Positions 1-18,544 of a stretch of 64,000 nt of DNA are shown here, piece by piece. Origin of the DNA: Felis catus (taxonomy: Eukaryota); NCBI RefSeq assembly GCF_018350175.1, contig NC_058369.1, positions 3,474,001 through 3,538,000 on the forward strand. The letters are read 5' to 3'. Numbering within the stretch: the first letter of the stretch is position 1; every line of letters begins with the position of its first letter. The notes beneath the pieces are model-generated. The model was given only the letters and a program-made list of their open reading frames with translations, was not told the origin of the DNA and ran no database searches. The position numbers and the translations under genes were made by a program.

Positions 1-129
1 ATGGCGTGTGAGCGAGGATTTTCAGAACACCGGCCTCTCTCCACCAGGCTGGGCTGGGGTGGGTCTGGCCTGTCCCCTCGGCGTGCCCGGCACTGAGGGC
101 AGCGTGGCCCCGGGCACCATCAGTGATCA

Positions 130-955
<826 letters not shown>

Positions 956-1640
956 TGGGGTTCCAGCTTGGCTGTCCCCAGGGAGCCCGGACCACACTCC
1001 AGACCGAGGAGAGCAGCCTCACCGGGACAGGGGGCCCAGGTGGGGTCAGCCTGCTTGGAGTGCCCGGCACTAAGGCGTGGGCCCAGGGCAGCCGTTCACC
1101 AGACAGAGCCCCACCAGAAGGTGGCGACACAGTTCCTTCCTTCAGAGAAAGGCCACTAGCAAAGCGTGACTCGGTGCGTCTAAGCCGGTCCCACGGACCC
1201 GGATGTTACAACCACGTGGACTTATGTCCTGAACCACCGCACGTCAAGTCCCACAGAACAGAGACCGATCAGGTTCAAGACCGACCGATGGCCCCACAGC
1301 GGGACACGTGCTTGGGGAGGGAGGGAGGCCCGCGTGTGCAAGGCAGTGGGACTCTAGGGCCTTCTTGCCATCATTCTGAGGGTAGGGCCGAGGTCTCCTC
1401 CCTCCAAGAGCACCCGGGTGCCCACCTGCCTCGGTAGGCAGCAAGCAGGGAGGCCCTCAAGGGGGCGGGAGGCGCCAATGCGGGAGGCACCGTGGACACC
1501 CAGCTTCGTGGAGGACCGGCCTGGGGCGGCCTCCCGGACACAGAAATGGCAGGGGCCGGGGAGGGGTGGTGGGAGAGAAAGCGGGGGGGGGGGGGGGGGG
1601 GGCCTTGGTGACCCAGAAGGCTGGAGCGGGCGGGGCCTTA

Positions 1641-2144
<504 letters not shown>

Positions 2145-2314
2145 TCATCGCCGCCCCGCGGTGCCCTGTCAGCGCCGCCGGCCTGGGGGCCCCTCCCCCG
2201 ACGCTCTTCACACCATGCCCCACCTCTGCCCATCCGAGGCCGGGGTCCCGGGCTCAGCCTCCCACAGAGAGCTGCTGGTGGGGTTTTGTGCAGCCGGATG
2301 CCATCCTGGGGTCA

Positions 2315-2656
<342 letters not shown>

Positions 2657-2981
2657 TCAGAGGACTCCTCCCGCACGTGCGCCCCGCCGTCCCGCCTCCG
2701 TCCCTCGTGGACCAGAGACGGGTCTCTGGAAGCTACCCCTCTCTCCAGACCCTGTTCGAACCCGCTCTCTGGGGTGGCGGCCAGACCGGCCCGGCGCCAG
2801 CCCTGCCCTGCCTCTGCCTGGCTGGCTCTGGGAAAGCCACATCCGTTCTCTGGGCCTCTGTCTCCTAATCCCTAAAACAGGATGTCGGCGTGATAGGGCC
2901 CATTTCACAGCGGGCACAGAGAGGGAACGGGACGCTGAGGGTGCTGCACTCAGAGGCTGCCACCTGCTAAGGGCTCGGTGA

Positions 2982-3200
2982 ACATCACCTTCATCATCTC
3001 CGTCACCGTCACCACCGCCATCATGCCCATCATCATTCCCATCCTCTCATTCCTCATCACCACCACCGCCATCATTCCTGTCTTCACCACCGCCGTCCCC
3101 ATCATCGCCACCATCATCGCTGCCATCGACAGCACCGTCATCACCACCACCATTATCATTCTCGTCATCATCACCACCGCCGCCGTCACCATCAGTACCG
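2982..3200. repeat. Degenerate (CAT/CAC/CGT)n trinucleotide low-complexity tract in intron 18
   Basis: Directly visible period-3 repeat. Confidence 0.9.
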
Positions 3201-3394
3201 CTTCTACAGCCACCAGCCCCCGGCTGGTCCAGCCCTTGGGACGTCCTGCCGGTGGGGCCCGTGCTGATGTGTCTGGCTCATCTGGGCCTCGGGCGCCAGG
3301 CGGGATGTGCGCACACCTGGCTCCCGTGGGGTGCCGCTCAAAGGACAGCACCAAAGCGGACATCTTCCTCGGCTCCAAAAGGCTGCCCTGCTTA

Positions 3395-4003
<609 letters not shown>

Positions 4004-4129
4004 CTAGCCCGCAGTTCCCTCTAAGAAAACAGACGAGAGCTGTCGTGCCAGACAGCCGTGTTCCCTGAGTCACTTGCCTTCATCCAGTTCCTCGTTTTGG
4101 CCCTACTGACGTCCGGAGCCTTATCGGTC

Positions 4130-4270
4130 TCCGTCACGGGGGGCCATGTCAGGGGCCGCGGGGTGTTGACTGACCCAGGCCCCCACCCCCAGCTGTGATG
4201 ACTACAAATGTCCCTAGACATCGCCAAATATCCCCTGGGGGACGGAACACCCCCGGGCGAGAACTGCTGT
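4130..4270 (-). mobile_element. MER20-like DNA transposon remnant
   Basis: Motifs acaaatgtccctagacatcgccaaat and the terminal gagaactgctg resemble MER20. Confidence 0.55.
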
Positions 4271-4387
4271 CTTAGGTGGACCCCAATTCCAACCCGGCCA
4301 CCTGGGCCTGTCTTGTCCCCTTGTTGGAGAACTGGGCCCAGGGCCACCTCTGTCCCCAAGCTGGTGACCAGGGGTGAGAGGGGGTCA

Positions 4388-5056
<669 letters not shown>

Positions 5057-6360
5057 TCACCTTTGGTTTTGCAAAGCAACACTGGTTTTCCAATCATGAC
5101 AGTGAGGCAAAATCTTTTAAGCTTATCTCGCAAGTTTATTTAGGTGGCAGGTAGAGGAAGGCAAATTTAAAAAGAAAAACGAGTCAACTGTAAGGTAGGT
5201 TGGGGGCTGGCAACTGCTCCGTGTAAAGGGTCAGATGGTTAAGTATTCTTGTCTCCGTGTCTTAACTACACAGCTTTGCTGTTGCGGCCCTAACGTGGTA
5301 CCTAAGTGACCGGGAGCAGCCAGACCTGGCTCCCGGGCCACGGCGTGCCGACTTCTCATAGAGACGGTCTACAAACATGGCAAGATCGGGAGTTTTGGGA
5401 CATGGTGCCTCGGTCCACCCGCCTGCAAGCCCGGGGCCGGGACACCTGACTTCCCGCTGCTGTCCCCACTGCTGTGCCGTGTGTCCCGGTAGGACCCATC
5501 CTCCCCTGGGTGTCCCCGTCGGTGAAACTGGGACCAGAGTCCCTGCTCTGTCACGTCCGTGGTGATGTGGGGCGCGTCACGGACCGAGCTGGTCCCAGAG
5601 CGTGACGATGTAACAAGATGCTTTCCAGCCCACAAACACCAGGGATTCTCATTACCTAGAACGTTCTGGAAATCTAGCAGACGGCAGCTCTGGGGTCAGG
5701 CAAGGGTGTCTTTTTTAGCGAGTGATTCCCGTGTGCCAGGTGAGGTACGGAAGATTAAGGCCTTCTTCCTAGGGACCGCCTGCCATCGTGTCATTTCACA
5801 GAGAAGGGACACATCTGAGGGAGCCTGACCGCCTTGCCTAGATTCCACAGCCAGCATTGGGCTCTGGGGCCACCCTGCGGGCTCCCGGGCAAACCGGCAA
5901 GATGCCTCGTGTCCCCCGGGGCCGTGCTCGCGCCCCCGCCCCCGGCGCCACCACACACAAAGGCATCGGGACGTGTGCCCTGCACAGGTGCCCTCGGAGA
6001 CAGCTGCCCACGGGTGAGGACGCCCGCACAGGGCCTACCCGTGTGTGGCAGCTGGTCGTGAGCGGAATCTGCGCCCTGTGCTGTGTCGTCCTTAACTGCA
6101 GCACAGAAATGAGACGCTGTCCAGGTGGCAGGCCCCACGGGACAGTCAGGGCCACCGGTAATGCCCAATGAGGAGCTCTCAGGGCTCCGGGGAGGGGCCA
6201 GCAGGCAAGGCCCTGGGCCCCTCGTGGCCTCGAGGCTGCCGGGACGGCCCCCTCTCATCGGTGTTACTTGAGAGGGTCGCATCCCATTTCACAGATGGGC
6301 AAGCCGAGGCTCCTGGCGGGGGTGGGGGCCTCGGTCAAGGTCCCCGGGGATGTGGGGCTA

Positions 6361-6606
<246 letters not shown>

Positions 6607-6870
6607 TTAAGCTTCAAACTCCTCTCCCCCCACGAGAGGGGAGCTATTACTGGCACCCCCATTTCACAGGTAAGCAAACTGAGGCCAAGAGGAATCGGTC
6701 TCTGGCCAAGGGCACACCCCCACCCCCACCCCCCCGTGGTAACTGATGGACCCAGGGTCACACCCAGATCCTTCCGATGCCAGAGCGTGCTCACGTCGCT
6801 GGCTCTACAGCCGGCAAACTACCAAACGCTTGCCCTGGACTGGAAGTAGCCCTGTGCACGTTCACGGCCT

Positions 6871-7463
<593 letters not shown>

Positions 7464-9203
7464 TCAGACAGAGACGCAGAAGCAGAGGGCACAGGGCCTG
7501 GGACAGGGGCTGAGGGAGGGGCTGGCCTTGCCTGAGGGCCCCCCAGTCCCCAAGCCTGGTCCCCCAAGGGGTCAGCCCGCCCTTTGGACCCAGGTGCTCA
7601 GGGTGAAGAAGTGGGCCCCCCCCCGCCCCCGCCTGCTTCCTGGGTGAACGCCCATCAGACTCCAGTGTGACGTTGACATGGTGAGGCCTCCGGGGAAAGC
7701 AGGAAACAACCCCGCGACCTGGTAACACGGAGGCAAAACCCTTAAAAAAGTGTGTCCTCTGATGCAGCAAGTATGTTCCCGGAACTGTTCCAGAGGGCTT
7801 TGCTGTGTTCTTAATACTAAAAAAAGACAACAACTCGAACATCCCCGAGTACAGATCGCTTTCAAAATTATGGCACAATGCTCCGTGGCCACGTAAAACC
7901 GTATTTTCTAAAACAAACAAAAAACAACAAAAAACACCCTGCGTAGCCCCTAAAACGATGTCCTGTGGAGCCGTGTGCAAACAGAAAAGATCTGCCGGGG
8001 TTTCCACCGTGGTCGGTCACCTCCGAGGGGAAGAGGTTACGGGGAGTCTGGGGTGAGGCAAGTGAGGGGATTCGCAGACGCAGGGTCACTCGGAACGGTT
8101 CAGTCCGCACAACAAACACGACGTATCCATTGTCCCCATCCTTTCAAAACAAATGCACGTTTTCTAGAAACACAGGGCGTCGTTGGAAAACCCCCAGGCA
8201 CCTGCAGTCATTCGCCGGTTTTGTCACAGGGCCACGTGACACGAGGCACATGAAGGGGGCGCTCGGGACCCTCCCAGGTCCCCAAACAGCACAGGCGGCA
8301 CAGACCCTCCGGAAGGGACGCGAGAGGCCCTCCCTTCCCTTTGTAAGTTTTAAACGCTGCTGTGTCGTCAACCATACTTCAGTTAAAAATAACATCAAGT
8401 GTTGCCACGGCTTTTTTTTTTTTTTTTTTTTGCTTTTTTTAAATTTCTGGGTAAAAACCCAGGCGAGCAAACACCGTAATGCCCCCAGCGGCAGAGGAAA
8501 GGGAGAATCCTGGCTGGTGGGTCCGCCAGACGCTGTGCCGGGGGCTTCCGGCTCAAGTCCCATCGGGGGACATCCGGCGATGTCCGGGGACCTCTGTGGT
8601 TGTCACACCTGGGGCGGCTGGGGCTGGGGAGGCTGCTGATGCCCCACGGCGCTCGGGACGCCCCGCTGGGGGCAGAGACTCTGCTGTAAACGCGAGCAGA
8701 CCAGAGCTCTCTGATGGTCCCATTTCACAGACGACGAACTGAGTGTTAGCTCCCGGCTGCCGAGAGGCAGGAGGCACCTCTTCGCGTGCATCGACCGTAG
8801 CAGAGCCAATGAGGCACCCGACCTCCTGGCACCTGACCCTCCGACCTCGCCTCGCAAGTCAGAGCGGGGTGTGAAATCTGACAGAATCAGGACCGCACGT
8901 ACCACGTGGCGTCCCCACAGGCTTCCTTCCAACAATCCACAGGGGCGTCCTTCCAAGTCAGTGGAGGGGTCCGCGGGCGGGGGAGGTCATGCTCTAATCA
9001 ACGCCCGTGTCTAAGGGACCTGGACCTATCCACGTCACTGCTCGCTTGCTCACTCAAGTGCTCACTAACCACTGCGGCTGCACGGACAGCCCTGTGAGGC
9101 ACACACGTGTGCTAACACCTCTCACGTCTGCTTTTGGTCCAGGAGGCACTTATGCTGGTGTGAAGGGACACAGGAAGTCTGATTAAGAGCTCTCTCCACT
9201 GAA

Positions 9204-9416
9204 AGGCCCGGGTGGCTCAGTCGTTGAGCATCCGACTTTGGCTCGGGTCATGATCTCACGGTTCGTGGGTTCGAGCCCCGCGTCGGGCTCTGCGCTGATG
9301 GCATGGAGCCGGCCTCGGATTCTCTCCCTCTCTGTCCCTGCCCCTAACCCACTCTTGCTTGCTCTCTCTCACTCTCAAACTAAATAAACTTATAAAAAAC
9401 TTAAAAATAAATAAAA
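9204..9416 (+). mobile_element. CAN-SINE (SINEC, tRNA-derived)
   Basis: gggtggctcagtcgttgagc...ggttcgagccccgcgtcgggctctg, then a CT tract and A-rich tail. Confidence 0.9.
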
Positions 9417-9426
9417 CGTAAAAGCT

Positions 9427-9672
9427 GGGGCACCTGGGTGGCCCAGTCAGTTAAGCGTCCGACTTCGACTCAGGTCATGATTTCACGGTTCATGAGTTCA
9501 AGCCCCGCGTCGGGCTCTGTGCTGACGGCTCGGAGGCTGGAGCCTGCTTCGGATTCTGCGTCTCCCTGTCTCTCTGCCCCTCCCCCACCTCTGTGTGCTC
9601 ACGCACGCGCGCGCTCTCTCTCTCTCGCCCAAAAATAAAATAAAACACTAAAACAAACACTAAAAAAAAAAA
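9427..9672 (+). mobile_element. SINEC_Fc-type CAN-SINE
   Basis: ggggcacctgggtggcccagtcagttaagcgtccgacttcg..., CT tract, poly(A). Confidence 0.92.
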
Positions 9673-10063
9673 GAGGTTTCTCCATAATATTTGGAATTTT
9701 GTAGAACTGGACCCAGGTGAAGATTTGGTCAGAGGCAAGTCCTGCCACGTCCTTACGATGGCCAGAAGCTGCAGGACAAGTGTCCCATAAGCTGCTCTCC
9801 CAGGGAGAGGTGGTCTCATGGAGCGGGGGAAGGCTAACGGGATGCAACAGGTGCACAGAGCAGCCCCCGATTCCCGGACCGGGGCTGTCTCCGGCTGGCC
9901 GGAAGCGGAGCCCCGCGGCCCTGGGCCCGCGGGAGCCGTGGACGGAGCCGTGGACGGAGCTGGGCGGAGCAGAGCAGGAGGAGGACGCAGCCAGGAGGGA
10001 AGAGAGAAGCCACAGGCACACGGGGTCGGCAGGGCAGCTGAAGCGTGCGCACGCGTGTGTCTA

Positions 10064-10420
<357 letters not shown>

Positions 10421-12821
10421 TTACCGGAAGCACCGATTTTAGAACCCGGCACGGGCCAAACCAGCGACTTCTGGACTCTCGTCCGGTGACCTCTCAGAAT
10501 GTGTTAGGTTTTTGAGAACGAGATCTTGATTAGAACACTTGGGCTGAGCAAAGGCTCAGCTGAGATCCTATGACAGACCTTTGGGGTTTTTGTTGTTTTG
10601 GTAGATCTCACTTTTGAATTTCCATCAGGTAAATAACTACGGATGCTAGTAGGCACGCGTTACAAATTTATTAAGACGGTTTACGAGTGGCGGCGGTTTC
10701 ATGCCGTGCCCGCCTGACAGAGGCCCGGCAGACATCGACTCCTGCTGCAGAGATCTGGGCCCAGAGATTGGTCACAGCTGGATCTGGGAGGGAGGGACGC
10801 TCCTCCCGCGGTCCCCGCTCGCGGAGGCTGGACACGGCTGACTTTTCGCGCCTTCAGATCCTTACCGGAGCCCGTCCGGCGTCGGGCCTGCAGGGAGCGG
10901 GTGCAGGGCGGGGAGCGGAACCTCTCGTGGCCGCCGTTGGAGCCCCGCCCCTTGGGGAAGGACCCGGCGCACCCGCTGACGGCTGGCCATGCGCCGCCCT
11001 CCCGGCTGCCACATCCTCTCAGCCTTCCGGGTTCAAGGCCATACTTCTCAGTGGAGGGGCTGCCCACCACACCTGCTCGGCCCTCTCTCGCGGGACCCTC
11101 TGCCGCGAAGGGCCCCTCGTGCGGCCTGGACGCACTGCCCCAGCCGGCATCCCACTTCTGGCTGGCGCCCCAGGCTCCTGACCTTCCCTCCTCTTCCCCA
11201 GGCGCCCCGATGGCAACTTTCAAGAACTCATGCCTTCTGGTCCAAGGTGACCGAGGTCTCGACTTCTCGGCTACCCAACGGGCGCCTAGCAGGCACGAGC
11301 CACGCGATGGTAAGCGCGAGCTGGGGACCAGGTGGGCCGCACGGGGTGGGAGGGAGAGCCGGCGTGCCCACTGCAAAGGCAGGAGGTCCCTGAGGGGCAC
11401 CTGCCACGAGCTCCACCCAGCGACCACCACAGGCAGGAATGAGGCTGTTCCAAGCGAAGGCTCCCGAGCTCACATCAGGTGGTGGCGGCCAAGTCACAGG
11501 GACACGCGGCGGGAAAGCCCAAGAGCAGTGAGCCACAGGAAGCCCGCCTTCGGGATGGCCTAGCCAGCCCGTGCTGTGTTGCACCCCGGGTGACAGCAGT
11601 GACACGTCCCCGAGACAGCAGCCACTCCTCTGTCGCCGTCTTACTCGAGGCCCATCAGTTCGAGGCTTCGCCTGTTCCTGACGCTCGGGCGTGGCTCCCC
11701 GGACACCACACGCTCTCAGGCCTCCGTTCCCTGTGCGGGAGCTGACTCTACACTGGGGGACACTGGGCGACGTCGGGGCCGTCTGGGGCCGTCACGAGGG
11801 GGGCTCCTGGCACTGAGTGGGGGGGGAGGGGGGGGTCAGGGATGCCGCTCAGCCCCCAACAGAGCCTACGACGTCCCCGCTGAGGACCACCCGGCCCAGC
11901 GTCCGCAGCGGCCGGGGGTGGGGTGCCGGAGGGGCTCTGGCTGGCTCTCAGCCCACGCTGCTTCCCCACCCCGTCCCGGGGCCGAGATGCCATCTGCGGG
12001 AGGACCCCCGCATACCCGCTGCGGGTATCCTTCGGCTCCCTGGGACTCCGGGCACGCAGACCTGCCCACACAGCACGTCCGCTCCCGGGCACTGACGTGA
12101 ACACATCCAAACCCCAACTGGACGTTTCTCTCCTCAATCTGTCCCTCCCACACTCTTTCTGTCTCACGCCGACACTCCAAAAACCTTCCGGTTTCTCTCT
12201 CAGACCCTCCATCCAATCCACCGGCAGACTGCTGACTCAGAGGTCAAAGTGCATCTGGGATCGAATCCGCCTGGGTTGGCCCAGCCGGCTGCCCTGACCC
12301 ATCCTGGCTACACTCCACACAGCAACCCCAGGAACCGCTTAAACTGATGTGAGGTCAGTGGTAAAAGCCCGAGTCCTCCCTGAGGCCCCCACAAGGCCCC
12401 AAGGCCCGGTGCAAAGTGCCCTGGCCCCTCTCCTCCCTCTTCTCCTCCCTCCCTCCCCCAGCTCACTCTTCTCCAGCCACACGGGCCTCCTTGCTGTGTG
12501 TCCACCGGGCCAGGCAGCTGCTGCCCCAGGACCTCTGCACAGGCTGTGCCCTCCACCTGGAATGATCTGTGTGGCTGCCTCGGCCACCTGTTCCGGGTCT
12601 CTGCGCGTGACCCGTCGGCAGAGACGTCCCTCCGACCCCCCCGCTAGAAAGAAGGCCCCTCACTCTCTAACCTCCTGTCCCGCTGCACGTGCTCCCACAC
12701 TCACCCCGAGGTAAGGTCTTCACTTGTTTTTGGATGACTGCCCACCCTCCTCCACTAGAGAGTTCCACACGAGCAGGGATTTTCCTTTCTCTCTTTAGAT
12801 TCACACCCCTGGCACCTAGAG

Positions 12822-13045
12822 CAGGGGTCAGCCGCTTTTCCCATCAGGGGCCAAACAGCACGTTTTCAGCGATGCAAGACGTATGTCACACTGCCGCCAC
12901 CCTACTCAACTCTGTCATCGCGGCATGAGATCAGCCACAGACAGCCTGTAAATGAATAAGCGCGGCCGTGTGCCAATAAAACTTTATTTGCGAAAACGGG
13001 CAGTGGGCCGGATTTGATCTGTGGCCGCGGTATGCCCGCCCCTGG
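12822..13045. mobile_element. MER58-like DNA transposon remnant
   Basis: Diagnostic ccaataaaactttatttg..aaaacgggcagtgggccggattt; cagggg...cccctg termini. Confidence 0.65.
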
Positions 13046-13088
13046 TGTGCGAAGGGCCTGGCACGTGGTCGGCGCTGAATACACGCTA

Positions 13089-13439
<351 letters not shown>

Positions 13440-13442
13440 TCA

Positions 13443-13955
<513 letters not shown>

Positions 13956-14446
13956 TTATAGCACAGGCCGTCCGGAGAAGATGGGGGGGGGGGGGGCGGC
14001 GACAGAACTCTAACTCAACCATTCTGGAAACATCGCATGTCATTAGGACTCAGAGCAGCGTTTCGAAGATGTCTGCAATTTCTGCCAAATCCTCAGCCCA
14101 CATTCATTATTCTTTATTTCCTGTTTTGCTCTGAATGGACATTGTACTTTTGTGTGTGTGTGTGTGTGTGTGTTAATAAATTGTTCATCCCGTCAAACAA
14201 CCTGAGTCCTTAAGGACTTGGGATAGAGGCAGGCAAACGTCAACTTAAGAAAGACAAAATCCCGTTGGAGGTGGGGACACCTGGCTGGCTCAGTCGGTGG
14301 AAGGGTCGTGAATTCGAGCCCCGCGTTGGTGTAGGTATCACTTAAAAATCACGTTTGGGAGCTACTCTATCATTATGTTCTGTCCTCAAAACAACTGTTT
14401 TGAAATAAAACTTCTCAAAACTGGGGGGAAAAAAGTTCTCTGTACC

Positions 14447-14647
14447 TTTTTTTTTAAACGTTGATTTATTTTTGAGAGAGACAGAGCACAAGTCGGGGAG
14501 GGGCAGAGAGAGGAGACACAGAATCCGAAGCAGGCTCCAGGTTCTGTGCTGTGGCGCAGAGCGCGACGCAGGGCTTGAACCCACAAGCCGCGAGATCATG
14601 ACCTGAGCCGAAGTCGGGTGCTCAACGGACTAAGCCACCTAGGCGCC
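14447..14647 (-). mobile_element. SINEC_Fc-type CAN-SINE
   Basis: Reverse complement of the SINE consensus (tttattttgagagagacagag...gagatcatgacctgagccgaagtc...gccacctaggcgcc). Confidence 0.92.
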
Positions 14648-14650
14648 TTA

Positions 14651-14948
14651 TGTTTTTGGTTTTTTTATTTTTTTTATTTTTATTTTATTATTTTATTTTA
14701 CTTTATTTTATTTATATTTATATTAAAAAAAACTTTTTTAATGTTTATTTTTAACAGAGAGAGAGAGAGAGAGAGACAGAGACAAGCAGGGGAGGAGGAG
14801 CAGAGACAGGGAGACACAGAATCCCAAGCAGGCTCCAGGCTCCGAGCTGTCAGCACAGAGCCCGACACGGGGCTTGAACCCATGAACTGTGAGATCATGA
14901 CCTGAGCCGAAGTCAGATGCTTAACCTCCTGAGCCATCCAGGTGCCCC
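14651..14948 (-). mobile_element. SINEC_Fc-type CAN-SINE with long (TTTTA)-like tail
   Basis: Reverse-complement SINE consensus ending ccaggtgcccc. Confidence 0.92.
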
Positions 14949-15229
14949 TCCACCTTCCCCGACTGTAAACGGACCATGTGTTTTAAACGGAGGTGTCGGT
15001 ACCGTAAGTAGGGAAGCTGAATCTCAACACGGAGCGAGAACGACTAAAACCAAAGAGCGATGCCACAGGGACGGGAGATTCCAGCCAGAGCCTGCCGCCC
15101 GCCAAAGGCCCGGCCCCTCGGTCCAGGCTGCCTCTGTGATACAGGGGCCAGCAAGTAAATATTCCAGCCTCGTGCGCCACACGGTTCCTTTTAAAAGCAG
15201 CCGGTCAACCCCGCCAACGTGGCGCGAAA

Positions 15230-15460
15230 GCAGCTACGGACGATCTGTACACCAGCAAGTGTGGCCCCGTGCCCATAAAACTTTATTCCTGGACGCTGAA
15301 ATGTGGATTTCATATCATTTTCGTGTGTGATGAGGTATTCTTCTTTGGATTTTCTGACTTCTAACTGTTTAGAAAGCATGAAGGCCGCTCTTGGCTCGTG
15401 GGCCATACGGAAACTGACATCGGGCTGCCTGGCCTGCGTGCGGTGGCCCGGGGCCCGGCT
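15230..15460. mobile_element. MER58B-like remnant
   Basis: cccataaaactttatt..ggacgctgaaatgtggatttcatatcattttc..ccgctcttggctcgtgggccatac. Confidence 0.55.
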
Positions 15461-15521
15461 CCAGAGACTTGCCCTTGATGTGGCCGCAGGGTCACGAGGT
15501 GAGGGACAAGGCAACACTCAC

Positions 15522-15622
<101 letters not shown>

Positions 15623-15714
15623 CTAAATAAAGGGAGAGCAGACTCAGGTCACACTTGGGCCCGACCACGTGTTGCCTGGGAGGAGATGGCCGCTGCTGGG
15701 GGGGGGGGGGGGAT

Positions 15715-16070
15715 ACTGTGTCCCCCAAATCCCTATCTTGGGGTCCTGACTCCCGGTGTCTCAGAAAGGGCCTTATTCGAAGCAAGGCGGCTACAGTGTC
15801 ATTAGTTAAGGTGGTGCTGGAATAGGGTAGCCCCCTTTCGTAAGGGGGATGTGAGGACTCAGCTGCCAGGCAGAGGACACCTTGTGACAAAAGGCAGGAC
15901 AAGGCGAGGAGCGGGGCCGGGAACAGAGCCCCTCACGGCCGCAGAAGGAGCCGGACTGCCCACACCTTGCTATCAGACGTTTAGGCTCCAGAGCCAGGAG
16001 GCAACATGCTTCTGTGGTCTGAGCCCCCGGCATGTGGGGCTCTGTCAGGACGGCCTGTTGGCTGGGAAGC
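15715..16070 (+). mobile_element. MLT1-type MaLR LTR remnant
   Basis: tgtgtcccccaaat..gtcctgactcccggtgtctcagaa..gccggactgcccacaccttg..cagac..ggctccagag. Confidence 0.55.
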
Positions 16071-17019
16071 GAGGGCTCTGGCCTGGGCTGTCACCACAGG
16101 GCCAGGCAGCCTTGGGCGACACAACGTCCAGCTGCCGCGGCTTCCCGGAGGCTAACGGGGCCGGCGCTCGGCGGTTCCGGAGGATGGGCCGAGAACCACG
16201 TTGCTGGCAGGGGCTCAGTGAAGCCACCTAACGTCAGGTCTGTGTAAGATCTGCCAGAACGTTCTGGTGCGGAGTGTAGAAAGGTTTTGGTCAGGGTCTG
16301 ATCATTCCGAAACCAAAACCTAACCCCCGATCGTGAAAATAAGCACATTTCATCTTCCGCCTTTTGGGAAACCTCACACAAAAAGTCATCCCGGCACAAA
16401 CGTCCCAGAGCTTCCTCAGCCTGTCTGAGTGCTCTGACCTCTGACCTGGGGGGAGGGGTGGTTTCCGTCTGACCTGGCATCCCCTCGGCCCTTCTCGGTT
16501 ATAGCCTCTCCTGCCCTCCCGGCTGCGGGGTCCTGAGCAAGTGCTCCCAGGGTGATAAGGACACTTGTTGTCGATACTGACCCGGGGTGACAGAGAGAAG
16601 CGTCTGGAGCACTGACCATCCCGGCGAAGTTATAGGTGAGGACCTGCCCAAATGCCAGGGACGGGGAGTGGCCGGGGCGGAGCTCTAGTCCCCTGGACGA
16701 CTACCCAACGGAGCTTTCTGCTCTGGAGACTGTTCTGGAAGCTCTCGTGGGACCTTCTGCTCAAGGACCGCTCCTCAGCATCGCCTCCTCACACCCCAGG
16801 ACCACCCAGAGGCAGATGAGGCCGGGCCACCACTCGTTTTTGAGACCGAGGCAGGGTGATGGGGCGCTACGGAGGCAGTGCCTTTTCGGGTTCACGTGCC
16901 CCTGGAAAGGGGGCAAGCGGCCTGCTGATGTCGCCCAACTGTCCCCCCATCTCCGCCACCTACCCCGGCCCCACCCCTCCTCACCCAGCCCCCACCCCGG
17001 GCACCCTGGCCACGCTCAC

Positions 17020-17081
17020 CTTGCCCTGACTATCGGTCTGAAACTCGGCCAGCTTCAGGGCGATCTTGGGATTCTTGCTGC
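17020..17081 (-). CDS. DPP9: DPP9 exon 10: (G)SKNPKIALKLAEFQTDSQGK
   Basis: DPP9 translation; AG 17082-17083, GTGAG donor 17019-17015; 62 nt, phase 1 to 0. Confidence 0.96.
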
Positions 17082-18049
17082 CTGCAGAAATGAAAGGGAG
17101 GTGAGGCCGGCAGGTGTCGCCCGTGAGGGCCGAGAGCAGGTGTCTGGGGTGGAGGTTGTGGGGTGATACCCTAGGAAGGTGACAAAGCCAGCGTGGGAGG
17201 GAGGGGCAGGAAGGGACCAGGTATCCAAAGGTCTCTCCGTGGGCACGTCAACGCTCTGGTCCGGGCACAAAGTCCCTCGGGCAGGCCTTTCTGACTCTGG
17301 CCCTGGACCTTGTTCCGTGACAACCGTCTTTACCATTTAAGAACGCAGGCCAGACCCCGTGCTGGGTGGGAAGGCGGGTCGTGGGGGGACAAAACGTAAA
17401 GAACATGCCTCCCTGCCTTTGGAGAGCCTGAGAGTTGGTCGCAAAGACAGGACACGTCCACAATAAGACCGTCAACGATGCGGACAGGTGACACGTGTCC
17501 CCCGTGCCTCAGCTGGGCCCCGAGCTGTCGGGAGGCACGTGGCTTACTGGCTGGGATGGCCAAATGGCACTCGCCACAGACAGGTGCGGGTCAGGCTCCG
17601 GCCCCACCTACGATCAGTCCCCACCGTGGCCTGCACGGTGCTCGCCCCGGGACGGGCAGCCCCTCTGAGCCTCAGCTTCCCACCCGTGCAGCGGGGCAGG
17701 AGGAGGGCCGGCCCTTCCCACTTGCACCAGGGACTGGAAGTATCCCTGGAAGGTCCTGTCGGGTGGAGCACACAGTAGGCGCTTCCCACGTGCTTCCCAG
17801 GGGACCAGAAACAGGCCGAACCCGGCCTGCAACGTATTTTCAGTCAGCTCGCCAAGCATTTTTAAATAATTCGAGGAGCATTTAAGAAGCAGGCCGTTTC
17901 TTGGAGCCATCTGGATTTCCGGCCTCCTCGAGAAACAGGGCAAACTCGAGCCTGCATTCTCACGAGGTGCCAAGTATCTGACGTGCCCTTGGGTGGGGCC
18001 GCACCCCCAGGCCCCCCCTCTCGCACCGTCTCCCCGGGCCCCGAGGTCA

Positions 18050-18418
<369 letters not shown>

Positions 18419-18544
18419 CTAAAAGCCTGGCCCTGCTGTTTACCGTAACCGTTACATCTCATGCCAGGGCCTCAGTGTTCTCACCTGCGCGATGGGAAGA
18501 ACCGAGCCGTTCCTAGCACGAAATGGCACGAGAGGTGGCCCTAT

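Noticed and set aside
9932..9970. 12-bp microduplication ggagccgtggac (similar short duplications near 23810 and 25569)
   Set aside because: Ordinary slippage duplications with no evident consequence
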